A stretch of 46,022 nucleotides of DNA from positions 1 through 46,022 of the IMG/VR virus record IMGVR_UViG_3300045988_121014; one strand, given 5' to 3'. Shown one piece after another: positions 7,346 to 13,428 of this stretch (position 1 is its first letter; each line of letters opens with the position of its first letter). The DNA comes from a virus. A model generated the notes under the pieces. That model searched no databases. It saw nothing but the letters and a program-made list of their open reading frames with translations, and had not been told where the DNA came from. A program made the translations under genes and the position numbers.

Positions 7346-7366
7346 AAAAAGCCGCCCGAAGGCGGC
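7344..7366 (-). terminator. rho-independent terminator for the minus-strand mini-gene
   Basis: GCCGCC-cgaa-GGCGGC hairpin. On the minus strand it is followed by a run of seven T. Confidence 0.75.
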
Positions 7367-7372
7367 GAGTAA

Positions 7373-7528
7373 CTATTCCTGCGACTGCTTAAGCCGCCGC
7401 AGGAGGGCGATTGCTTTGCGCTTGTTTTCAGGCGTAAGGGTGCGGAAGTCTTCGATGACACGGCGTTCATCTTGATCGAGGTGCTTGCTTCGGTCGGGCG
7501 GTTCAGGCTGATTCGATGTGTGCGGCAT
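7373..7528 (-). CDS. 51-aa protein resembling the C-terminal tail of the XRE repressor
   Basis: Hand translation MPHTSNQPEPPDRSKHLDQDERRVIEDFRTLTPENKRKAIALLRRLKQSQE. GAGGA SD 6 nt upstream. Has its own promoter and terminator. Confidence 0.6.
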   Translation of the reverse strand: MPHTSNQPEPPDRSKHLDQDERRVIEDFRTLTPENKRKAIALLRRLKQSQE

Positions 7529-7564
7529 TTGTTGTCCTCGCTTTCGCGTTTATTTCATGATTCC

Positions 7565-7593
7565 ATTATACACCTTTTTGCACAGAAAAGCAA
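7565..7593 (-). promoter_or_regulatory. near-consensus promoter TTGCTT-N17-TATAAT
   Basis: Reverse complement of 7565-7593 = TTGCTTttctgtgcaaaaaggtgTATAAT. Confidence 0.65.
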
Positions 7594-7644
7594 GGGCAAT
7601 CGTAGGTCATTTTTCGACATTTTGTGGGTGATGGAGGACAATTC

Positions 7645-8076
7645 ATGGTTAGCATAATAATAAATCCGGACATTTTGCGCCGGTTGATGGATCAACAGCA
7701 CTACACGAACGCTCGTCTGGCGGAGGAGACGAAGTTGTCCGAGGGCACGGTGAAGAGGTTGCTGAAGGGCTGCCCGACGACATACGTGACAGCATCGCTG
7801 CTGTCGATGACACTCGGTGTGACGGTTGACGAGTTGATCAGCGGCGAGACCGCAGCGAGCGACCAGGAGGAGACCGTCGAGATGACGGCGGAAGAAGCCT
7901 TGAAGATGTTGGAAAAATTGTATCTCGACCGCATTTCGGATTTGAAAGCGGTGATCGCCCGCATGAGCCGGGAGTTCCGAGTCGCGGTGACGATTGCTGT
8001 TGTACTGATGGCGTTCATATGTTTTCTTTTTGCGTTTGACGTCATAAACCCGAGCGTGGGATGGATAAAGAGGTGA
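7645..8076 (+). CDS. membrane-anchored XRE-family HTH protein
   Basis: HTH TNARLAEETKLSEGTVKRLLKG. C-terminal TM VAVTIAVVLMAFICFLFAF. GGAGGA SD before the ATG at 7645. Confidence 0.65.
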   Translation: MVSIIINPDILRRLMDQQHYTNARLAEETKLSEGTVKRLLKGCPTTYVTASLLSMTLGVTVDELISGETAASDQEETVEMTAEEALKMLEKLYLDRISDLKAVIARMSREFRVAVTIAVVLMAFICFLFAFDVINPSVGWIKR

Positions 8077-8080
8077 TAAG

Positions 8081-9115
8081 ATGATTATGGACAAGCTCCC
8101 GAGCGGTAGCTGGCGTGCAAGAGTGCTGATAGGAGAAAATAAGTACAAAACGTTTTCGGGCAAGGATAAGAAGGACGTGCAGCTCCGCGCGGCACAGTTC
8201 GAGGCGGAGAGGAAGATGGACAAGCCGGACGATCCGTATGCGGGCATGACGGTTGGAGAGGCTATGGAGCGGTACGTCGAGGCGAAGAAGAATACCCTGT
8301 CGCCGTCCTCGTACCGCGAATTTACACGCATCAGGTTAAGCAATCTTTCTGCGTTGCGAAATGTAAAGCTCGCCGATCTGACGCAGGAGCAGGTGCAGCT
8401 TGCCATAAGCGCGGAATCCGCCGACCACTCGCCGAAGACTGTCCGCTGTATGCACGGGCTGTTGTCCTCGACGTTGAAAATGTTCCGACCGGATATGACG
8501 CTGCATACGAAACTCCCACAGACGCAGAAGAGTGAGATCGTGATTCCGGAGGAGGTTGACGTCATGTCTCTGCTGGCGACTGTGCGGGGAAGTGATATCG
8601 ACGCCGCTGTTCACCTCGGCGCGCTGTGCGGGATGAGGATGTCGGAAATCCTCGGGCTGAGATGGTCTAAGGTGGATTTCGACGCGAAGACAATCCACAT
8701 CTGCGCGGCGAAGATCAGAGGGATGTACAACAAAGCTACTATGAAGCTTCCAAAGACCAGAGCCGGCGACCGGACAATCAGGATGCTGCCCGCCGTCGAG
8801 GCGGCGCTCAGACGCGCGTATCAGCCGGATGCGGAGTTTGTCACCACACTGTCGGAGCGTACCGTGCGGAAGCACTATCAGCACGCGCTTGAGCTGTGCT
8901 GTGGCAAGCACTATACTTTTCACGCTCTGCGCCACTATGCGGCGTCTGTGATGATCCTGCTGAATATCCCGGTGAAGTACATCGCCGACTATCTCGGGCA
9001 CGAAACTGAAGACATGGTGAACCGCATCTATGGGCATATTATGCGGGACAAGAAGGATGAAATATTCGCCCGGCTTGAAGAATACTATGATAACATTTTG
9101 CAAAATCCGTCATGA
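8081..9115 (+). CDS. int: tyrosine integrase (phage integrase family)
   Basis: C-terminal HALRHYAASV...LGHETEDMVNRIYGHI (R-H-R-Y catalytic signature), MRMSEILGLRW box. Adjacent attP-like region. Confidence 0.9.
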   Translation: MIMDKLPSGSWRARVLIGENKYKTFSGKDKKDVQLRAAQFEAERKMDKPDDPYAGMTVGEAMERYVEAKKNTLSPSSYREFTRIRLSNLSALRNVKLADLTQEQVQLAISAESADHSPKTVRCMHGLLSSTLKMFRPDMTLHTKLPQTQKSEIVIPEEVDVMSLLATVRGSDIDAAVHLGALCGMRMSEILGLRWSKVDFDAKTIHICAAKIRGMYNKATMKLPKTRAGDRTIRMLPAVEAALRRAYQPDAEFVTTLSERTVRKHYQHALELCCGKHYTFHALRHYAASVMILLNIPVKYIADYLGHETEDMVNRIYGHIMRDKKDEIFARLEEYYDNILQNPS

Positions 9116-9126
9116 AATCCGTCACG
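9104..9126 (+). repeat. tandem 11-mers AATCCGTCATG / AATCCGTCACG (candidate integrase arm-type sites)
   Basis: Two adjacent copies overlapping the int stop codon. Confidence 0.5.
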
Positions 9127-9137
9127 CAAAGACCAAA

Positions 9138-9160
9138 GCGCCTTTATTTCAGGCGTTTTT
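9138..9160 (+). terminator. terminator after int
   Basis: GCGCCT-ttatttc-AGGCGT hairpin (one G-U pair) followed by TTTTT. Confidence 0.55.
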
Positions 9161-9199
9161 GGATTAAGTTTACAAGTTCAAGTCTTGTCACTCAGACCA
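9161..9199 (+). other. tRNA 3'-end-like segment, candidate attP core (T-arm + acceptor 3' strand + CCA)
   Basis: ACAAG-TTCAAGT-CTTGT (5-bp stem, TTCRANY loop), then 7 nt CACTCAG, discriminator A, CCA. No matching 5' acceptor strand upstream, so this is not a full tRNA. Confidence 0.6.
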
Positions 9200-9206
9200 A
9201 ATGAAT

Positions 9207-9238
9207 AAACCGCTTATCAAGCCGATAGGCGGTTTTTT
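9207..9238 (+). terminator. hairpin plus T6 immediately after the tRNA-like segment
   Basis: AAACCGC...GCGGTTT stem with inner TATC/GATA pairing, followed by TTTTTT. Confidence 0.55.
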
Positions 9239-9321
9239 CTTGTATTCATGCGGGTTTTCGGGCGTTCTTATTCCACCTCCCGTGACGAAATTCCGCCGTC
9301 AAAAACGGTATTTTGGAATCA

Positions 9322-9343
9322 AATCTGTCACGAATCTGTCACG
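9322..9343 (+). repeat. perfect tandem 11-mers AATCTGTCACG x2 (candidate arm-type sites)
   Basis: 9322-9332 and 9333-9343 are identical. A third partial copy CTGTCAT follows. Confidence 0.55.
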
Positions 9344-9351
9344 CTGTCATG

Positions 9352-9378
9352 AGAAAAGCCGGGGATTTTTCCCCGGCT
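9352..9378 (-). terminator. terminator ending accessory cassette 2
   Basis: AGCCGGGG-N6-CCCCGGCT hairpin. The minus strand continues TTTCTC. Confidence 0.7.
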
Positions 9379-9381
9379 CCG

Positions 9382-9759
9382 TCATGCGTTTTTACGATAT
9401 GTCTTAAGCGCGTCTGAGATCAGCTCATTCGCAGTCATCCCATATGCCCCGCGAAGCTCGTCGATCAGCGCTTTGGTCGTCGACGACACGCTGATCTTCG
9501 CCCACTCTTTTTTTGCGCCGGTCTTAGCGTCGTAGTAGGCGTCTACGGGTCCGTAAGCGACCATAATCCAATCAGCGGCGGCTGTATTGGTCATCAGGTA
9601 TATATCCTCTCGCACGAGCCCTTTACTCCGTACAGTGTGGATAAAGTACTTCCCTGATTTCGTTCGGTAAAGGTACTCGGTGCACCCGTCGTACCGCGAT
9701 TCGCCGATCTGCTCCGCTGTGGAGGTATCGCACAGCGTGCCTTTAATTGTTCGTTTCAT
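9382..9759 (-). CDS. hypothetical protein with C-terminal ribbon-helix-helix-like segment (125 aa)
   Basis: AAGGAG SD. C-terminal KISVSSTTKALIDELRGAYGMTANELISDALKTY fits a beta-alpha-alpha RHH pattern. Confidence 0.6.
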   Translation of the reverse strand: MKRTIKGTLCDTSTAEQIGESRYDGCTEYLYRTKSGKYFIHTVRSKGLVREDIYLMTNTAAADWIMVAYGPVDAYYDAKTGAKKEWAKISVSSTTKALIDELRGAYGMTANELISDALKTYRKNA

Positions 9760-9840
9760 TTTCGTACTCCTTGATTATCGGCGCAAAATATTGTGCCTCC
9801 GCGATCTTTCTCGCCGACCGGTAAGATCGTATTTCATACT

Positions 9841-10314
9841 TTACATTCTGATGCCGGTTCCGGCGTATTTTCCGTACTTCAGCACGATCTTGTAAGCGCG
9901 AGCTTCGTCCTCGTCGAGGTCTTCGACGCGATTCCACCCGTTAGCGTCATTAAACTTTTCGCGATAGTACTTACCGGTCTCGCTGTCGCGGCTTATAAGC
10001 CCTCCGCGCTTTGGATTGATAACGCGCCCGAAATCGAACAGGTTCCGTTCCGTGAACATAAACGTTTTTCCGTTCACTGTGACGATGTGTTCATACATCA
10101 TTGTTTTGCCGCCTTCATCGGTGATTTGCTTGCCGTTTACATCCCACGTTACGCCATCAAGCAGACGTGTCTTCTCCTCCTCATAGGCGCGTTTCTTCGC
10201 GTCTTCTGCGGAGACAGCATCGTCCAGGGCTTTTGTCGCGCGGTCGATAAACTCATCGAGTGCAACAGCGATTTTTGCCTGTGTCTCCGGCTTAAGCGTG
10301 TATCTCTGATACAC
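9841..10314 (-). CDS. hypothetical protein. Same frame as 10372..10602 and separated from it only by one TAG. No SD of its own
   Basis: The frame is open from 10371 (IADLDVEWTKERNKSYLYDV precedes the GTG chosen by the track). Confidence 0.5.
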   Translation of the reverse strand: MYQRYTLKPETQAKIAVALDEFIDRATKALDDAVSAEDAKKRAYEEEKTRLLDGVTWDVNGKQITDEGGKTMMYEHIVTVNGKTFMFTERNLFDFGRVINPKRGGLISRDSETGKYYREKFNDANGWNRVEDLDEDEARAYKIVLKYGKYAGTGIRM

Positions 10315-10371
10315 ATCGTACAGATAGCTTTTGTTGCGTTCTTTCGTCCACTCGACGTCGAGATCAGCAAT

Positions 10372-10602
10372 CTATGCGAGCTTACTACACCCCGGAAGAA
10401 GCCAGTGCATACCAATTCTGTCGTCGCTCGAATAGTACTCGCCATCAGTCTTAAGGTCGTTGAACATATCGTTGACATTTACAACGAACGGCTCCCCGAG
10501 GTTCTTTTTATAGTCCTTCGCGTGCTCGATGTCTATTTCAATGACTTTTTTGGAGTAGGTTTTGATTTTCCATCCAGCTAGTCCCATTACTTCGATTATC
10601 AT
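10372..10602 (-). CDS. hypothetical protein (76 aa), N-terminal part of a TAG-interrupted 252-codon frame
   Basis: GGGGAAGGAGA SD before ATG. The TAG stop at 10372-10374 is in frame with the downstream ORF. Confidence 0.6.
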   Translation of the reverse strand: MIIEVMGLAGWKIKTYSKKVIEIDIEHAKDYKKNLGEPFVVNVNDMFNDLKTDGEYYSSDDRIGMHWLLPGCSKLA

Positions 10603-10646
10603 GACTTATCTCCTTCCCCGTATAGCCGATAGGACAGCTTGATTTT

Positions 10647-11006
10647 TTATTCTTCCTCTGGCGCGATGTCAGTGCCAACAACGATTTTCACGGACTGGTA
10701 ATGTCCCTCATCGTTGCTGTACTTGTCAATAGTTTCCATTGACTTGATTCGGCGCAGACCGTATGCGGTCTTGATTATGCCGTCCGACGTGCCGCGCCAT
10801 CCGTGGTAGCGGCAGATTTCAGAGTTCATGTTACCAGGCATCCCCTTTCCGTTGTCCTTCATGACGCGGAATGATTCGGTGCTATCCGGAGCGCCTTCGC
10901 GCTTATATCCGTAGAGGATAACCGCGTCACCGACGTGATAATCGGTGTAAATGTCATTGACCGATCGATTGTAGTTTGTGTCGATGTAAAGGGTTTTCTG
11001 CTTCAT
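10647..11006 (-). CDS. hypothetical protein (119 aa), first gene of accessory cassette 2
   Basis: GAAGGAGAAAA SD before ATG. Confidence 0.7.
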   Translation of the reverse strand: MKQKTLYIDTNYNRSVNDIYTDYHVGDAVILYGYKREGAPDSTESFRVMKDNGKGMPGNMNSEICRYHGWRGTSDGIIKTAYGLRRIKSMETIDKYSNDEGHYQSVKIVVGTDIAPEEE

Positions 11007-11059
11007 GATTGTTTTCTCCTTCGCGGTTTTGGGTTGTCCGCGTCCCTTGTGATGTATAT

Positions 11060-11088
11060 ATTACAGCACACTCGGTACAAAAAGTCAA
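11060..11088 (-). promoter_or_regulatory. promoter TTGACT-N17-TGTAAT for accessory cassette 2
   Basis: Reverse complement of 11060-11088 = TTGACTttttgtaccgagtgtgcTGTAAT. Confidence 0.55.
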
Positions 11089-11135
11089 TAGCTTTCGGAG
11101 AAAAAGTACCGTATCTATTTGTAAATACTATATGA

Positions 11136-11161
11136 ATAAGAAAAAGGAGCATTTCTGCTCC
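11136..11161 (-). terminator. strong rho-independent terminator
   Basis: Minus strand reads GGAGCA-gaaa-TGCTCC followed by TTTTTCTTATT. Confidence 0.8.
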
Positions 11162-11246
11162 TTTCCCTGATCTCATAATGAAATCTTCAATATTTCAATC
11201 CACACCATCCTCGCGGATGGAGACACGCTCAGGATTTCTCCTTCGC
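11138..11246 (-). ncRNA. candidate sRNA of about 108 nt between a perfect promoter and a terminator
   Basis: Predicted start about 7 nt after the -10. GGAGA/UCUCC and CCAUCC-GCGA-GGAUGG hairpins. No SD-preceded ORF. Confidence 0.5.
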
Positions 11247-11252
11247 AAAATC

Positions 11253-11281
11253 ATTATATCACTGTTTCCCAGATTTGTCAA
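11253..11281 (-). promoter_or_regulatory. perfect TTGACA-N17-TATAAT promoter
   Basis: Reverse complement of 11253-11281 = TTGACAaatctgggaaacagtgaTATAAT. Confidence 0.8.
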
Positions 11282-11296
11282 GCGTTTTCGCGAAAT

Positions 11297-11581
11297 TCAC
11301 GCCTTGAATTTCATAACTTTATCGAGCAGCTCTCGGTAAGCCGCCCGATGCCACTCGATGAGCTCATCGGTCACTCCGTCGACAGCCCCGTGCATACTCA
11401 TCGCGCGGTCATACCACTCCTTCACCTTCCCGAGCCGGTATTTCGCGTCCTCAATAAACAGCGCCGCGAGCTCAGGCTTTCCTGCTTCTTTCGCGTCTTC
11501 GGCGTAGTTGTACGCCATCCCCGCGTCCTTGATGCCGTCGGTCGTCATCCAGATGACGCCGCGCATTACTTCGTCTTTCAT
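11297..11581 (-). CDS. hypothetical protein (94 aa)
   Basis: GGAGG SD before ATG. Confidence 0.7.
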   Translation of the reverse strand: MKDEVMRGVIWMTTDGIKDAGMAYNYAEDAKEAGKPELAALFIEDAKYRLGKVKEWYDRAMSMHGAVDGVTDELIEWHRAAYRELLDKVMKFKA

Positions 11582-11582
11582 T

Positions 11583-11921
11583 TTAGCCTCCGATTATATA
11601 TCCATACAGCTTGTCCACATCGGCGGCGGTCAGAGTCAGAGCGCCGACGAGCGGTACGTCGAAAGTTATCGCCCCGCGCTGCGCCTGAGCCGCGAATTCG
11701 CGGTAAACCGCGTCGATGTCGATTTGATCCTGCTCATCTATGACTCCCATCGCCGCGACGACGGGGTTATTTTTCAATGTATTAAAAATCTCTCCCGACC
11801 GGGACAGCATACGAGACGCTGCCGCGCCGAGAACCCATTTCTGCCAGCCGGGGATTTTCGCGAGGATTTCGGTGTCGAGATACCGCTCGATTCCGGCTGT
11901 AGCCTGTGCCAGAGTTACCAT
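11583..11921 (-). CDS. hypothetical protein (112 aa)
   Basis: GAGGTGA SD before ATG. Confidence 0.7.
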   Translation of the reverse strand: MVTLAQATAGIERYLDTEILAKIPGWQKWVLGAAASRMLSRSGEIFNTLKNNPVVAAMGVIDEQDQIDIDAVYREFAAQAQRGAITFDVPLVGALTLTAADVDKLYGYIIGG

Positions 11922-11959
11922 TTCATCACCTCATGGGGCGGCGATTGCCGCCCCTGCCG

Positions 11960-12535
11960 TCAGTTACAGCCGCAGCCGCAGCCGCACCCGCACTTCGGAA
12001 TCGGATTGTACGTGCTCTGCGCCGTGGTCGCCGTGCCGGTCGTGACGTCCGCGACCTGCTTCGGATAGAACGTCGCGTTGGCGTAGGTGACGATGCTGTT
12101 GTCGCCGCAGCAGCGCTTCTCAGCTTCGTTGCGGATTGCGCCGTAGAGCTCGTTCTTGACGCAGACGAGATCATTGTGTGCTGCCTCAAAGCTGTCAGCG
12201 ACGCGCTGGTTAGTGACTGCCTGTGCCGCGTCTGCCATCTCGAGTCCGCGCACCTTGCCGTCGAAGTACTTGTACATCTCGAGCATTTTCTGGTCGGTGT
12301 ACGTGTTCGCGTCGCGCAGCTTCACTTCGGTCTCCAGCTGCGCGATCCGCGCCGCCTGTCCCGCTTCGTAGCGGTCGACGACGTGATCTTCGCTACAGCC
12401 GCAGTTGCCGTTTCTCCAGCCACCGAAGAGCCCGTTCAGCCCGCCGTTGAGGAGAGCCGCGCCGACGCCCGACGCACCGATGATTCCGGTCGCAAGAGCC
12501 GCGTTCGCCTTGCCGTTGCTTGCAAATTCTGCCAT
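11960..12535 (-). CDS. Gly-rich hydrophobic N-terminus, coiled-coil protein ending in KCGCGCGCGCN
   Basis: GGATGGTGA SD before MAEFASNG. The C-terminal (Cys-Gly)4 is encoded by TGCGG(C/T) repeats at 11963-11992. Confidence 0.65.
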   Translation of the reverse strand: MAEFASNGKANAALATGIIGASGVGAALLNGGLNGLFGGWRNGNCGCSEDHVVDRYEAGQAARIAQLETEVKLRDANTYTDQKMLEMYKYFDGKVRGLEMADAAQAVTNQRVADSFEAAHNDLVCVKNELYGAIRNEAEKRCCGDNSIVTYANATFYPKQVADVTTGTATTAQSTYNPIPKCGCGCGCGCN

Positions 12536-12584
12536 GGATTTCACCATCCTGTATATATACTCGGATTTATCATCCGGCGTATAT

Positions 12585-12613
12585 ATTATAGCACGATTTT
12601 TGTGCAAAGTGAA
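12585..12613 (-). promoter_or_regulatory. extended -10 promoter TTCACT-N17-(TGc)TATAAT for accessory cassette 1
   Basis: Reverse complement of 12585-12613 = TTCACTttgcacaaaaatcgtgcTATAAT. Confidence 0.55.
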
Positions 12614-12615
12614 CG

Positions 12616-12642
12616 AAGAAAAACCGCCGCTTTCGCGACGGT
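12616..12642 (-). terminator. terminator closing the late/lysis operon
   Basis: Minus-strand RNA reads ACCGUCGC-gaaa-GCGGCGGU (one G-U pair) followed by UUUUUCUUCG. Confidence 0.7.
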
Positions 12643-12652
12643 TTCATGACAT

Positions 12653-12865
12653 TTATATACGTGATTTGATTTTCTGTTCGCAGGCTTTGACGATCCGCTG
12701 CGTCTGCCGGACGGAAAGCCCGAACTCCTCCGCGAGGGGCTCGAACTTAATTCCGTCAAGCCAGCGTCTCTTGAAAATATCTCGCCATTTCCGATCATGG
12801 ATGCACTCGTCGATAATTCGCGTCCACTCAGACCGCGTGAGGTCAGCCACGTCGTCAGCTCTCAT
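12653..12865 (-). CDS. 70-aa protein resembling sigma-70 region 4 (HTH)
   Basis: RDIFKRRWLDGIKFEPLAEEFGLSVRQTQRIVKACEQKI matches the region-4 pattern (R..f..r...g.s..eIA...g.s..tV....ka). GAGG SD. Confidence 0.5.
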   Translation of the reverse strand: MRADDVADLTRSEWTRIIDECIHDRKWRDIFKRRWLDGIKFEPLAEEFGLSVRQTQRIVKACEQKIKSRI

Positions 12866-12866
12866 T

Positions 12867-13226
12867 TCACGCCTCGCTTTCGGCGTCCGAGTCGGAATCT
12901 TGCTTGAACTGGTTAAACAGCTCCCACACGGTACTGTCGATCAGCGCCTGCATGGTATCGGCGTCGAAGGTCACGCCGCGAGCCTCGAGGAAGCTTTTCG
13001 CGTACTGATACTTCGCTTTCTTGTCGATCAGCCCGGAACGTTCCGCTTCCTCAGCCGCCTGAACCGCGAGTTCTACCCAGCGGATGATTTTCTTCTGGTC
13101 ACTCTCCGCGACCTTGGTCGATATCAGCTCCTTCAGTTTCGGAACGAGGAAAATCGTTATCAGCGTGAATATCAGCTTCACTACCAGCTCCAGTATCGGC
13201 GTTATATCCATCTTGTTCATTTTCAA
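12867..13226 (-). CDS. holin-like protein (N-terminal TM plus charged C-terminus, LL-H-family-like)
   Basis: ITPILELVVKLIFTLITIFLV TM, then a long helical charged domain. Adjacent to the endolysin. Start is TTG 13226 or ATG 13220. Confidence 0.55.
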   Translation of the reverse strand: MKMNKMDITPILELVVKLIFTLITIFLVPKLKELISTKVAESDQKKIIRWVELAVQAAEEAERSGLIDKKAKYQYAKSFLEARGVTFDADTMQALIDSTVWELFNQFKQDSDSDAESEA

Positions 13227-13428
13227 TATATCCTTTCTTGCTTATCTCTTTGTTTTCAGTGATTTTAATGACGCTCCCCAGCGCGAGTTCCACAGCTCCG
13301 ACGATCCCGCCGACCGAAAAAGCGGCGGTCAGGTCGGTGCCGGTGAGGGCTTGCAGGACGGCGATAAACGGCAGATAAATCGCGAGGTATATCAGCACGG
13401 CGAGTATCAGCCGTTTTAAGTACCTCAT
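13099..13428 (-). CDS. small two-TM membrane protein (second holin candidate). The 3' end overlaps the next gene out of frame
   Basis: LILAVLIYLAIYLPFIAVL and FSVGGIVGAVELALGSVI hydrophobic segments. ATGA overlap with the endolysin stop. Confidence 0.5.
   Translation of the reverse strand: MRYLKRLILAVLIYLAIYLPFIAVLQALTGTDLTAAFSVGGIVGAVELALGSVIKITENKEISKKGYIENEQDGYNADTGAGSEADIHADNDFPRSETEGADIDQGRGE

Noticed and set aside
7351-7366. The hairpin as a bidirectional terminator that also ends the repressor operon
   Set aside because: On the plus strand the stem is followed by GAGTAACTATT, not a U-run. Only the minus-strand orientation has the T7 tail. Plus-strand termination there remains unproven.
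7555-8565. 336-aa minus-strand ORF overlapping the membrane-anchored XRE gene and the integrase gene
   Set aside because: It is antisense to two well-supported plus-strand genes (HTH motif, integrase catalytic motifs). It is Cys/Ser/Arg-rich with no SD.
9161-9199. A complete tRNA gene
   Set aside because: Only the T-arm, 3' acceptor strand and CCA are present. The complementary 5' acceptor strand (CTGAGTG) and the D and anticodon arms are absent upstream. I interpret it as an attP core.
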